Below, piece by piece: positions 51,513 to 61,947 of a DNA stretch of 64,000 nt. The notes under the pieces were generated by a model that was not told the origin of the DNA, did not search any database, and saw only the letters and a list, made by a program, of their open reading frames with translations. This DNA comes from a bacterium. Its GTDB lineage: Bacteria; Patescibacteriota; Minisyncoccia; JAHIHE01; JAGLIN01. Position 1 is the first letter of the stretch, and each line of letters opens with the position of its first letter. The stretch is from contig DAOWDU010000031.1 of the NCBI GenBank assembly GCA_030638825.1, positions 4,206-68,205 on the forward strand, in the 5' to 3' direction. The translations under genes were made by a program, and so were the position numbers.

Positions 51513-52229
51513 CTATTTCCACTTCTTCATCCCCACCACTCTCGCATTCAAAAATAAAAAAAATATAACTATTGATAAATAATAAACAATATCAGATAAA
51601 GAAATGACTCCTCTTAAAATTGAATTGAAGTGAGTTGAAAAGCTTAGAAATTTACCGATAAAGGCGATTGAATTTGGCAGTTGATCAAGAATAAGCGAAT
51701 TGCCGATGATGTAAAATATAAAAATAATCGTCACTGTCAAAACAAAAGAAATAATTTGATTTTTCGTAATAGAAGAAATCCAGAGGCCGATGGCGATATA
51801 AGATGAGCCAAGAAGCAAAGCGCCAACATAACCAGCAATGATGATGCCCCGATCAGGATTGCCTATTTCTGTAACCATAATCGGAATAGTGATTGTCAGC
51901 AAAAGCATTATCGCTAAGAAAACAAAACTGGAAAGAAATTTGGCAAGAACAACTTCCGCTGTCTTCACTGGAAAAGTCATTAGAACTTCAACTGTGCCAC
52001 TGCGTTTTTCTTCCGCCCAGGAAAACATTGTAATCGCCGGCAAAATAAACATAAAAATAATCGGCAGGAAATTAAAAAGGGATCTCGCAGACGCTTGTCC
52101 AACGATAAAAAACGACTGCATAAAAATCCACCCGCTCATCAGCAAAAAAACAGACACAACAATATAGCCCAGTGGGGAATTGAAATGGGAGTTTAGCTCT
52201 TTTTTTGTGATGGTGAGGATTTTGTTCAT
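51513..52229 (-). CDS. ABC-2 family transporter permease
   Basis: It has 6 TM segments and is located between the GldG-like gene and the ATPase. Confidence 0.65.
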   Translation of the reverse strand: MNKILTITKKELNSHFNSPLGYIVVSVFLLMSGWIFMQSFFIVGQASARSLFNFLPIIFMFILPAITMFSWAEEKRSGTVEVLMTFPVKTAEVVLAKFLSSFVFLAIMLLLTITIPIMVTEIGNPDRGIIIAGYVGALLLGSSYIAIGLWISSITKNQIISFVLTVTIIFIFYIIGNSLILDQLPNSIAFIGKFLSFSTHFNSILRGVISLSDIVYYLSIVIFFLFLNARVVGMKKWK

Positions 52230-52238
52230 TTGGTTTTA

Positions 52239-53156
52239 TTACTTCGTCAATTCTATAAACACATCTTCCAAATTCGCCTGCTGCCTTGTCAGTTCCAAAA
52301 GCCCGCTGTTTTCTTCAACAATAATTTTGGCAATATCTTTTCTAAGATCAAATTCCAAAGTAGTAGTAATTGTAATTCTATTGCCGTTGATTTCAACTTC
52401 TCTAATCCCTTCAATTAATTTTAATCTTGGAACTATATTAGTTCCCAACTCATCAACTTCAGCATTAATCATTGCTTGACTTCTATTTTTATTCTCCAAT
52501 CTTTCTGGCGTATCGTCCGCGACAATCTTGCCTCTGTTAATAATCAAAATTCTTGAACAAGTTGCCTGCACTTCGGACAAAACATGGCTAGATAAAATAA
52601 CCGTCTTTGATTTGCCAATTTCTTTAATCAAGTCCCTGATTTCAATTCTTTGATTCGGATCAAGTCCCGTTGTCGGCTCGTCTAAAATTACAATTCTAGG
52701 ATCGTGGATAAGCGCCTGCGCGATTCCCACTCTCTGCCGATAGCCTTTTGACAAAATTGAAATTTCCGTATTTTGCTTATCTTCTAGTCCACACTTTTTT
52801 AAAACATTTAATATTTTTTCATTCAAATTATCTTTCTTAATTCCCTGCATTTTACCGACAAAACTTAAATACTCCCAAACGGTCATATCTTCATACAAAG
52901 GAGCGTTCTCCGGCAGATAGCCGATTTTGCTTTTAATCTCCTGCTGATAAAGCGGATTGCCAAGATCAAGTCCATCAATTTCAACTTTTCCCGAGGTTGG
53001 CTCAAGAAACATAACTAATATCCTAAGGAGCGTTGTCTTTCCCGCTCCATTCGGACCTAACACGCCGATTACCTCACCTTCCTGCATTTCAAAAGACACC
53101 CCGTCCAACGCGATAAGCTCCCCATATTTTTTTGTCAGATTCTCAACCTTTATCAT
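52239..53156 (-). CDS. ABC transporter ATP-binding protein
   Basis: A Walker A motif (GPNGAGKTT), the LSKGYRQR signature and a Walker B motif (ILDEPT) are present. Confidence 0.9.
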   Translation of the reverse strand: MIKVENLTKKYGELIALDGVSFEMQEGEVIGVLGPNGAGKTTLLRILVMFLEPTSGKVEIDGLDLGNPLYQQEIKSKIGYLPENAPLYEDMTVWEYLSFVGKMQGIKKDNLNEKILNVLKKCGLEDKQNTEISILSKGYRQRVGIAQALIHDPRIVILDEPTTGLDPNQRIEIRDLIKEIGKSKTVILSSHVLSEVQATCSRILIINRGKIVADDTPERLENKNRSQAMINAEVDELGTNIVPRLKLIEGIREVEINGNRITITTTLEFDLRKDIAKIIVEENSGLLELTRQQANLEDVFIELTK

Positions 53157-53224
53157 TTTAGATAATATTTATTTTTTTCAATAATTTTATTCTATAACAA
53201 AATTTTAGATAATGCAAGGAAAAT

Positions 53225-53752
53225 CTAGTTTTTTCGTTTTTTATTTCTCCTAATAATAAAATGCGTTATAAATCCAAATCCGAGCGCGACAACAATTAAA
53301 ATCGCATAAAACAGTCTGGGAGAAATTACTTTATTGGATTCGTTTTCTATTATAGTAGGTTCCATAGAAATAGACAATGGGATTTTTACTCCTGCATTTG
53401 CCTGCAATCGCGTTTCTATAAGCGGCTTACTAACTACGGAAAGATTGGTCTTTAAAATTTGAGAAGTATTTTCTATACTAGCAGGATAAGCTGTAACGGT
53501 TACCCTCTTTCTCCCTCCTGCCTCCAAGGTAAAACTAGCAGGATTTGCTTTTATAGTTTCTATAAATTCATCTAGATATACTTCAAAAATCTGAACATCA
53601 GCAGTTGGATTAACAACGATCAATTCTTGAGACACAGATTTATTTGCTTCTATTACGAAATCTATTTTAGAAGGACTGACTTGAATGCCAGCTGCTTGCG
53701 ATAAGGTTGGGAATGAGATAAAGATAAAGATAAGAATAAGAAAATTTTTCAT
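53225..53752 (-). CDS. Hypothetical secreted protein with a C-terminal TM anchor
   Basis: A signal peptide and a C-terminal hydrophobic segment plus RRNKKRKN are present. Confidence 0.4.
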   Translation of the reverse strand: MKNFLILIFIFISFPTLSQAAGIQVSPSKIDFVIEANKSVSQELIVVNPTADVQIFEVYLDEFIETIKANPASFTLEAGGRKRVTVTAYPASIENTSQILKTNLSVVSKPLIETRLQANAGVKIPLSISMEPTIIENESNKVISPRLFYAILIVVALGFGFITHFIIRRNKKRKN

Positions 53753-53771
53753 AAATAGAAGATTATTTTAT

Positions 53772-55574
53772 TTATTGCGCTATTGCCCAAAAAGTCAATT
53801 GCGCCGATTTTGCGCCATTTCCATCTGAGTAGCCAGCGGGAATAGAAAGTTCTACGGCTACATTTTGATTGCCATCTTGAGCAATATCAGTTTCAAAATT
53901 TTTCCAGGACACGCTATTCAAATCTAAATTTTCGGTAAAGAGGGAATCTCCGCTAACTAAAGCCTCTATGTGTATATCAGAAGTTCCATTGTTATTAAGC
54001 GTAATATTTTTGGTAGCAGAAGATCCAGAATTTAAATTACCAAAATCAAGATTGCTTGTATCAACAACAAAAGAAATTGTATCTTCGTTAGTGCTATCTC
54101 CTTCAACATCTCCATTTTCTATAGTTACGGTCAAATCAACGGAAGAACTTGCCCCCTGCCCAACTTTTAATAAAATAGAATTACTTCTAACATATCCTTC
54201 TTTTTGCGCGTGAATTTTATAAAATCCGTCCTGCAAAGAAATGCCCACTTGTCCGTTAGTATTAGTAGTAATCGTATCCACGCCAAAATAAACAGAAGCG
54301 CCAACAAGAGGAGACCAAGAATTATCACTGAAAAATTCCACCGTAGCTGTAACGGATTGATTGGCATCTGCTTGCTCAGCTGATAAAACTAATCTTGTCG
54401 GCTGCCAGTCAAAACCGCCGTAATACCATAAAACAGAATCGCCAGTTTGCATTTCATAATCCGCCGCTCCCACAAAAAGAGATATATTATTAATTAAATA
54501 CAGCCAACCTAATTCTCCTTTTGCTTCGTCGTTATTAATTCTTTTTAGGTAAGGACCCCAGTCAGTATCTTTAACTTCATAAGTAAAATCGCAAATACTT
54601 TTTGCGTTTTTGACAATATCCAAAGCAGTTGGTCCAGTTACTTCACCTAAACAAATTGTTTCCTCTAATCCCTCAATACGAAAAGGAAATTTTTGGGCAA
54701 GGGCATCATTTTCCACAATATTAAGAGGAAGTTTTTTACCCTGTAGAGCGATAACCGCGTAAGCCGTGGTCATTGCCGAAAAAGAATCTTCTCCAGAGGA
54801 ACTATTTTGATATTTAAAAAAGCCTTGCTCACTTTGATTTAATTCAAGATATGAAATGGGAGTGTTGTCGGATTTGATCAAACCGCTTGGATCAATATCC
54901 AAAGCGTTAAGCGCCCAAATTACCCATGCCGTGGATGAAGAATCGGAATTAGAATCGGAATAATAAGGAAAACCGCCATCGTTATTTTGTGATGTTTGCA
55001 AAAAAGATAGGGCGTTTTGAATGCGAGAATCAGAGTTGTCAATTCCAGCAGATACAAGCGCTAAAATAGCGGCCGCAGTCATATTCGTATCAGAATTAGC
55101 TGTTACAGAAAAACCCCATCCGCCATCATCGTTTTGATGAGAAAAAATAAAGTTTTTTGAATCAACAATAATCACATCATCAAGAGATTCACCAGCGGAG
55201 ATAAGAGCCAAAATTCCAAAACAGTCATCATTAAGCATCGTAATATCTCCTATCTGATTTTCAGTATAATAGCTTTTAAGCGCGGCGACATAATCAGTTG
55301 ACGAAAAAACACGCGGATTTTCTCCTATAGCCGTTATCGCTAGAATTGGCGCGGCGTGATCAATGGCGTTTGTTCCATTGATAGAAATAAGATGATCTAT
55401 GGGAATAGAAGAATTTCCAAGCGCAGACAAAGCCATTGTGCTCCACGGATTAGCGCTATTTGCGGTTAAATAGTCCTGCGCGCTATTTGTGTTATAGGTT
55501 GCGTTTATTTCTGAAGAAGGAAACATGGAAAACAACAACACAACAATTAACATTACGGATAATAACTTTTTCAT
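53772..55574 (-). CDS. Secreted protein with prenyltransferase/terpenoid-cyclase-like repeats and a carboxypeptidase-regulatory-like domain
   Basis: It has a signal peptide. The repeats QNDDGGW and NDGGFPY are present. Confidence 0.45.
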   Translation of the reverse strand: MKKLLSVMLIVVLLFSMFPSSEINATYNTNSAQDYLTANSANPWSTMALSALGNSSIPIDHLISINGTNAIDHAAPILAITAIGENPRVFSSTDYVAALKSYYTENQIGDITMLNDDCFGILALISAGESLDDVIIVDSKNFIFSHQNDDGGWGFSVTANSDTNMTAAAILALVSAGIDNSDSRIQNALSFLQTSQNNDGGFPYYSDSNSDSSSTAWVIWALNALDIDPSGLIKSDNTPISYLELNQSEQGFFKYQNSSSGEDSFSAMTTAYAVIALQGKKLPLNIVENDALAQKFPFRIEGLEETICLGEVTGPTALDIVKNAKSICDFTYEVKDTDWGPYLKRINNDEAKGELGWLYLINNISLFVGAADYEMQTGDSVLWYYGGFDWQPTRLVLSAEQADANQSVTATVEFFSDNSWSPLVGASVYFGVDTITTNTNGQVGISLQDGFYKIHAQKEGYVRSNSILLKVGQGASSSVDLTVTIENGDVEGDSTNEDTISFVVDTSNLDFGNLNSGSSATKNITLNNNGTSDIHIEALVSGDSLFTENLDLNSVSWKNFETDIAQDGNQNVAVELSIPAGYSDGNGAKSAQLTFWAIAQ

Positions 55575-55869
55575 AATTTTCTTTCTAGATAAAATAAAAA
55601 CATCTCCGCCTCAGAGAAGATGTTCATTTTATCACAACAAAAACAAAACGAAGCCCCTCTTTAGCTCGAAGATAGGATCTTATCTTTTTATAAGTAGTTG
55701 GTTAGCATTCTGGCTTACTTCATCTTTCTGCAGAAGACAAAGATCACAGTTGCGGCACAGCACCAGATTTTTTCCAAATTACGGAAATCACTGGATTTTC
55801 CTAACCGACCTCTTTATATATTTAAAGAGGAACTATCTTATTAATTAATTTGTTAAAAGTAAAATAATT

Positions 55870-56835
55870 CTAACTCTTGCTTTTAATTCTGTCAAATTTT
55901 TTAGTTTCTATTTCAATAATCCTTCTCGCCTCCCTAAAATCATACTTCTCAAAAACCTCGTCTAACTTCTGCCTAACAACCTTTTTCCTCTCCAAAGAAG
56001 CGTGAATTAAATGGACACTTTTATTTTTTTCCACAATTCCAACATGCTTATGCTCATTTGATTTTTTAATCAAAAATATTAAATCGCCTGTTTCTACATT
56101 TTTTAGATTTATTTTCTTACCCGCCTCTTTCTGATCCCAGGAATGCTTTGGCAGAATTATATTAAAAGCGTTTTTATAAACCACCTGCGTCAAACCCGAA
56201 CAATCAATTCCTTTTTTAGATTTCCCTCCTAAAAGGTACGGAACATCAAAGTATTTCTCCGCTTCTTTAATAGTCTTATCTTTATCAATATTCATCATAC
56301 CCACTGTTGTAATTTCATCTTTAATTCCATACCCTAGGGTATGGAATTGTTGTATCCATTCTCCGTATAAATCTTTGTATAAACTCTCTCTTTTCAAAAT
56401 TATTTCCTTTCTATTCACCCAGCCCAAGGTTAAATCGTTTTGCTGAACTAATAATTGATCGTCTTTTTTAAATAAGACTCGCAATACTTCGCCTTGAAAA
56501 GCCTGCGAACATCTAATTCTTTTTAAGATTTTATTATTTAAGATTTTATTAGAAATAAATCTTGATTTTAAATCTGCTATTTTTATCTTTACAATCGCCC
56601 AGCCGATTTCATTTCTTTCGCTCGCATCACTTAGAATTTTCAGATTTACTTTTTTTATTTTTATTCTCTTTTTTTTAAAAACATTTAAAATACCATCTCT
56701 TTGACTTTCCGTTAAAACCTCTCCGCTTATTTTAATTCCTCCTTTTAAATTTTTTACCTCAACATCAAAAACAGCAACTCCATATTTTTGCTGGTATGTT
56801 TTTTCTAAGTTTTTTAAAATATTTTCTGCTAACAT
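55870..56835 (-). CDS. NlpC/P60 family peptidoglycan peptidase
   Basis: The C-terminal motifs GIDCSGL ... HVGIV are present. Confidence 0.7.
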   Translation of the reverse strand: MLAENILKNLEKTYQQKYGVAVFDVEVKNLKGGIKISGEVLTESQRDGILNVFKKKRIKIKKVNLKILSDASERNEIGWAIVKIKIADLKSRFISNKILNNKILKRIRCSQAFQGEVLRVLFKKDDQLLVQQNDLTLGWVNRKEIILKRESLYKDLYGEWIQQFHTLGYGIKDEITTVGMMNIDKDKTIKEAEKYFDVPYLLGGKSKKGIDCSGLTQVVYKNAFNIILPKHSWDQKEAGKKINLKNVETGDLIFLIKKSNEHKHVGIVEKNKSVHLIHASLERKKVVRQKLDEVFEKYDFREARRIIEIETKKFDRIKSKS

Positions 56836-58896
56836 TTATTGTATTTCAGAATTCTCTATAATAATTCCCTCTTCCGCTCCGATGCTATCATCATCAGGCA
56901 GTTCTGTCGTCAACTCGCTTTCAAGAGTCATAACTTCTTCATTTGTAAATTCATCAAACCCAACAGCTTCAACTTCATTCATAATTCTGATCGTTTTTCC
57001 AACATCTGAATCTTCTGGAGTAATGCTAACCTGATAAACAATTTCTTTTGACGGAGAAATTAGTCCAGTATTAGCGCTGAGTTCTGGCATCTCCCAAACA
57101 ATCTCTCTGGTAATGGTATTGTAATAAAATTTCTCTTCTGTTATTTGATATTCTTCCGCTTCAGATTCTGTTTCAGATTCTGAATCCTCCGAGGATTCGG
57201 AATCTTCGGAATCTTCCTCACTGGAATCTTCCTCAATTTCTGGCGTATAAGCTCCATTGTTTTCATCCCCCAAAGATATGTCTCCATTTGAATTGATATA
57301 ATTCCCTGTCCATTTTACATTATCAGGCAGAACAGAAGCGATTTTTACATTTTTAAGATCCCCAAGAAGATTATTTAAATTCCAGTGAATTGTATAAGTC
57401 GTCTCTTTCTCAACTTCAGGAGGAATGTCTCCGCTATTTTTAATCCTGCCGTCATCATTAAAATATCCTTTTGTTTTCATAAATAAAAACGCATTTATTT
57501 TTATAATCATTTCATTTGAAACAATTTTCTTTTCAATTTTTACCTCATCATTATTAAAATTGAAACTGCTTATTGTCACTTTATTTTTAATAACAAAATT
57601 TTTATCTTCTGGCGACTGAACCTCAAAATAGTCTATCGCTCTAATTTTAAAACTAACTTCGCCCTCATCTCCTGGCTTAAAAATCGCTAACTTAGGAACA
57701 TTAAAAGCGCTCCAAATTATTTTATTTGACTCTTTGTTATAAGAACCGTTAACCACTTCAATGGAATCTGGATTAACATTACCCGTCAGCTCGTTATTTA
57801 TTACCAGCCCCTTAAGTTCTCGATCGCCTATATTTTTAAATTTAATTCTATATTCTATTTCTTCTCCTTTATTAATAGCGATATTTTCCAATCCGTTGAC
57901 CGTTTGCTTTAAAAGTATCGGGGTATCCTGAACTTTTATAATCGCTTTCTTGCTAATATATTCCAGAGCGTCCTCTTCATCCCCAAAAATATCTATCGTG
58001 ATTTTTATTTCTTTTTCTTCGTTTTTCTCTCCCGCTAAACTTCCTTTTATAGCCAGCTCGCCTCTCGCTTTTGTTTTTATTTCCTTTATGCTCCAGCTTA
58101 AATTATTTCCTATTTCCTCATCAATCTCTGGTTCAGCAGAAATAAATGTAAACCCTTCAGGAAAATCAACCTTGATATTTATCTTTTTAAAATCATTATC
58201 ACTGGTATTTTCATACGCAATCAAACAATCGATTTCGTTTCCCGTAATTATTTCTTCTGGACACTTCAAAGAAAGCTCAAAGGAAACGGATGTTATTTTT
58301 ATTTTTACTTTGCTTAAGTTATCTGCTGATTGAAATTCATAATTGAAATTGCTCGGGACATAAGAAATTTTTGAATTAAATTCATGCTCGCTATCTTTAT
58401 TTCCCGTAATTCTCCCAAACAATTTTATCTTTCCATGCTCGCCAGCTGATAAATCGTCAAGATTCCAGTTTAATACCAGCCCTTCTTTGGTGTATTTTTT
58501 ATCACTTGAGATGAAAACAAATTTTTCCGGAGTAAATAAAATTATTTTTGGATTTTTCAATTTCACTCCTGTGTTATTTTTATATTCTATCGTGAAAGCT
58601 ATTTCTTCCCCGCTCGCTATTTCATCAGAAACTTTAATTTCAATTTTAACTTCTTTGCCATCAAAAGATTGTTGTCCCCTTAGATACATAAAATAAGCGG
58701 CCGCTGAAATAATCGCTATAACTAAAAACAAAACTGCCAAAATCAGTTTTTTGTTTTTCTTAGAATTATTCTTATTTTCATTACCGCCCAAAACATCGGA
58801 CCATTTATCATTTTCTTTCTTATTTTCCCCTTCATCTTCCGCCAGATAATTCCTAATATTCTCATCCGTATTTTCATTGATCATATTTTGAGACAT
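56836..58896 (-). CDS. Large membrane-anchored surface protein with repeat domains and an acidic Ser/Glu/Asp tract
   Basis: An N-terminal TM is followed by repeated beta-rich segments. Confidence 0.45.
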   Translation of the reverse strand: MSQNMINENTDENIRNYLAEDEGENKKENDKWSDVLGGNENKNNSKKNKKLILAVLFLVIAIISAAAYFMYLRGQQSFDGKEVKIEIKVSDEIASGEEIAFTIEYKNNTGVKLKNPKIILFTPEKFVFISSDKKYTKEGLVLNWNLDDLSAGEHGKIKLFGRITGNKDSEHEFNSKISYVPSNFNYEFQSADNLSKVKIKITSVSFELSLKCPEEIITGNEIDCLIAYENTSDNDFKKINIKVDFPEGFTFISAEPEIDEEIGNNLSWSIKEIKTKARGELAIKGSLAGEKNEEKEIKITIDIFGDEEDALEYISKKAIIKVQDTPILLKQTVNGLENIAINKGEEIEYRIKFKNIGDRELKGLVINNELTGNVNPDSIEVVNGSYNKESNKIIWSAFNVPKLAIFKPGDEGEVSFKIRAIDYFEVQSPEDKNFVIKNKVTISSFNFNNDEVKIEKKIVSNEMIIKINAFLFMKTKGYFNDDGRIKNSGDIPPEVEKETTYTIHWNLNNLLGDLKNVKIASVLPDNVKWTGNYINSNGDISLGDENNGAYTPEIEEDSSEEDSEDSESSEDSESETESEAEEYQITEEKFYYNTITREIVWEMPELSANTGLISPSKEIVYQVSITPEDSDVGKTIRIMNEVEAVGFDEFTNEEVMTLESELTTELPDDDSIGAEEGIIIENSEIQ

Positions 58897-59077
58897 ATTT
58901 TTAGTTTATGTTTTTATGCTTGTATTATATAATGGTTGTTGGTTTTGGTCAAAATTATTTTCTATCGAAACATCCTTGTTTGTTGTCATCCCAGAATTTT
59001 TTCTAAAAAGCTTTAGCTTTAGAAAAAAATGTCTGGGATCCAGTTAATATCACTTAATAGAATTATTACGATAATTA

Positions 59078-60328
59078 TTATCCATTGAGATTAACTGGAT
59101 TCCCGCCTCCGCGGGAATGACAGAAAACAAGCTTCTTTATTTTCTCTCTAAAAACATCCTCTGAAAACTTCTCCGCCTGTTTCTTAATTTTTTCAGCATC
59201 ATAGTTATTATAATTATTTTTCATTCTCCTCACGCCGTCCGCTAAGATTTCGGGGATTGGATCGTCAAAAAATTCTCCTGTTTTTCCTTCAATTACTGTT
59301 TCTAAAACGCCTCCTTTTCTATACGCCAAAACTGGTTTGCCAAAAGACATTGCTTCAATTGGCGTTATTCCAAAATCATCTTCTCCCGGAAAAATAAACG
59401 CGTAACAATTTTCATAATATTGCGCGAGTTTTTCTTCTGGTTGAAATCCAAGAAATTTAATGTTCTTATTCGCTATTTTCTCAAGTCTTTTTTTATCTTC
59501 GCCCTCCCCAATGATCACAAGCGGCAATTCCAGTTTATTAAACGCTTCAATCGCAATATCTATTTTTTTATAAGGACTAAGACGAGAGACTACCAGGAAA
59601 TAACTATTATTATCTGTCATTGCGAGAAAGCCCGATTGAGCGTAGCGAAGAGAAGGCGACGAAGCAATCCCATGATTAAATTCATCGCGCGTAGTTGCGG
59701 GATTGCTTCGTCGCTCTGCGGAGCTCCTCGCAATGACAGTGTTCGTCGGCGGATAAATCACTTCACTCTCTCTTCCATAAAACTTCTTAATCCTCTTCGC
59801 GGTATGCTCTGAATTGGCGATGAAATAATCAACTCGCTCTGAAGCTGATTTGTCCCACATTCTTAAATAATGTAAAAACGGCAAAATAATTATTTTTTTA
59901 ATTCCGTTGATTTTATTTTCCTCAAGATAATTATAATACCAATCCCAAAGAAATCTGGTCGGAGTGTGGCAATAGCAAATGTGAACCGCTTTTGGTTTGG
60001 TAATTACTCCTTTCACAAATGAACTTGAAATGGAAATAACAACATCAAAATCCCTCAAATCAAAAGTCTCCGCCGCAGTCGGCATAAATGGCAATAGATA
60101 CTTTTTTCGCTTTTTTATAAACTTAGGCAACCTATTTAAAAACGAACTTCTTATTTTCGCACCAGGAAAATACTTCTTCATTTTTTTCTCATCATACAAC
60201 AAAGTATAAATCGGCGCGTCTGGATATAATTTATGCAACGACATCAAAACCCTTTCGGCTCCACCGAAGTAAGTTAAAAAGTCGTGAACAATCGCTATTT
60301 TTGGTTTTTGGGATGAGGGGGTTGACAT
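59078..60328 (-). CDS. GT4-family glycosyltransferase with an in-frame family-A repeat insertion
   Basis: The GT4 N- and C-domain sequences (EX7E region, GEFFDDP) are present. The insert lies at 59614-59739 in the interdomain linker. Confidence 0.7.
   Translation of the reverse strand: MSTPSSQKPKIAIVHDFLTYFGGAERVLMSLHKLYPDAPIYTLLYDEKKMKKYFPGAKIRSSFLNRLPKFIKKRKKYLLPFMPTAAETFDLRDFDVVISISSSFVKGVITKPKAVHICYCHTPTRFLWDWYYNYLEENKINGIKKIIILPFLHYLRMWDKSASERVDYFIANSEHTAKRIKKFYGRESEVIYPPTNTVIARSSAERRSNPATTRDEFNHGIASSPSLRYAQSGFLAMTDNNSYFLVVSRLSPYKKIDIAIEAFNKLELPLVIIGEGEDKKRLEKIANKNIKFLGFQPEEKLAQYYENCYAFIFPGEDDFGITPIEAMSFGKPVLAYRKGGVLETVIEGKTGEFFDDPIPEILADGVRRMKNNYNNYDAEKIKKQAEKFSEDVFREKIKKLVFCHSRGGGNPVNLNG
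59614..59739. mobile_element. Family-A TIR element inserted in-frame in the GT4 gene
   Basis: It runs from ctgtcattgcgagaaagcc through gacgaagcaatcccatg...cgggattgcttcgtc to gagctcctcgcaatgacag. It encodes about 42 aa without a stop. Confidence 0.75.
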
Positions 60329-60641
60329 AGTTTAAATTTATACTAAACTGGTAATATTGTAGGCAGAAATATTAATTACAGGAGATGAGAATATTAGTGG
60401 TGGAGATACTAAGGAAGTAAAGATAGAAGTAGCAGGTGTTGTAAGTCCGCATAGATATGCAGATAAGATGAGGGCTTTTCATCAATTAGAGGCACAAATG
60501 CGAAAAGATCTGCAAAAAAAGAAATAATTTAGGCGTCAATTTTAACAGAAGTTGAGATTGCTCTGCCTATTTTTTTTATTTATTTTCTTTTTAGATTGAT
60601 GAAATTGTAGGGGCGGATCACGACCCGCCCCTGCAATTTCA

Positions 60642-61778
60642 TCAATTCAACAACACTCCCATCGTCTCCCGCGCGCACTTCTCCCAACTAAATCTCCCAA
60701 CATTCTCAAATCCCCTTTCAATCATTTTATTTCTCAAATCATCATCATTAAAAACTTTACTCATCGCCTCAGAAATTTCTTGAATATTATTTGGATCAAT
60801 TAATAAAGCAGCACCCCCTGCCACTTCTGGCAAAGATGAAGTATTAGAACAAACCACAGGAACGCCATAACTCATCGCTTCTAAAACTGGCAAACCAAAT
60901 CCTTCGTAAAAAGATGGTAAAATAAATAAATCAGCATTTTGATATAACTCTTCTTTTTCTGATTCGGAAATATAATCTTTTAAAATAATATCTTTTTTAA
61001 ACTGCGATTCCTGAATTGTAGTTTTTATTTCCTCAAAACCAAATCCAGCTTTTCCAACTAAAATCAATTGCGAAGGCGACATTCCGGAATGTCGCCTTCG
61101 CAATTGATTTTTAAACAATTCAAACGCTTTGACTAAATTTACAATATTCTTCCTCTTCTCTAACCTTCCTAAAAATAAAACATTAAATTCTATTTTTGGA
61201 GTAAGGGCTTCAGCCCGAATTTGTACTAAATTATTTTGTTTCACTTTCGGGCTGAAGCCCTTACTCCAATTACTGTTTACCCCATGATAAACAACATTTA
61301 TTTTCCCCTCCTCAACTCCATAAAACTTAATCAAATCTTTTTTAGTATTCTCCGATGGGACAATAATTTTGCTTGCTAATTTTATTGAAAGTTTAGTATT
61401 AATTTCTAAAATCATTCTCTCTTTAAGAGAATAGCATTCGGGAAAATATTTATATTCCAAACCGTGGATTGTTACGACAGTTTTGGACGGATGGACTTGA
61501 GGAACAGCGTAAGCTGGAACAAACAAAACATCTGGTTTATTTTTCATCATTTCAGACGCCAACCCAATCTGCGTCCAGAATTTATTTGGAGAAATAATTT
61601 TCAATTTAAAATTACTTGGTAAATCAAAATCTATGACCAGATTTTTTCTTGCATATAAAAAAATCTGATGGCTTTTTAAATCCATCATCGCTAAATTCTT
61701 AATCAACTGATAAGAATATTCTTCTATCCCAGTTTTTTCTTTTTCAAACGCTCGTGAAGCGTCAATACCGATGTTCAT
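60642..61778 (-). CDS. GT4-family glycosyltransferase with an in-frame family-B hairpin insertion
   Basis: GT4 motifs are present. The insert at 61198-61267 lies in the interdomain linker. Confidence 0.7.
   Translation of the reverse strand: MNIGIDASRAFEKEKTGIEEYSYQLIKNLAMMDLKSHQIFLYARKNLVIDFDLPSNFKLKIISPNKFWTQIGLASEMMKNKPDVLFVPAYAVPQVHPSKTVVTIHGLEYKYFPECYSLKERMILEINTKLSIKLASKIIVPSENTKKDLIKFYGVEEGKINVVYHGVNSNWSKGFSPKVKQNNLVQIRAEALTPKIEFNVLFLGRLEKRKNIVNLVKAFELFKNQLRRRHSGMSPSQLILVGKAGFGFEEIKTTIQESQFKKDIILKDYISESEKEELYQNADLFILPSFYEGFGLPVLEAMSYGVPVVCSNTSSLPEVAGGAALLIDPNNIQEISEAMSKVFNDDDLRNKMIERGFENVGRFSWEKCARETMGVLLN
61198..61267. repeat. Family-B hairpin element inserted in-frame in the GT4 gene
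   Basis: The sequence ggagtaagggcttcagcccgaat...ttcgggctgaagcccttactcc encodes SKGFSPKVKQNNLVQIRAEALTPK. Confidence 0.75.
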
Positions 61779-61796
61779 TTTAGTTGGAATTAAAGA

Positions 61797-61939
61797 TTGT
61801 CATTGCGAGGAGCCTGAGTGAGCGTAGCGAACGAGAAGGCGACGAAGCAATCCCGCAACTATGCACAACGAATTTAATCACGGGATTGCTTCGTCGCCAT
61901 TTCACTCACTGCGTTCGTTCAGGCTTCTCGCAATGACAG
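61797..61939. mobile_element. Family-A TIR element copy, between GT4 and mreB
   Basis: It runs from ttgtcattgcgaggagcc to gcttctcgcaatgacag. Confidence 0.75.
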
Positions 61940-61947
61940 TGAAATAC

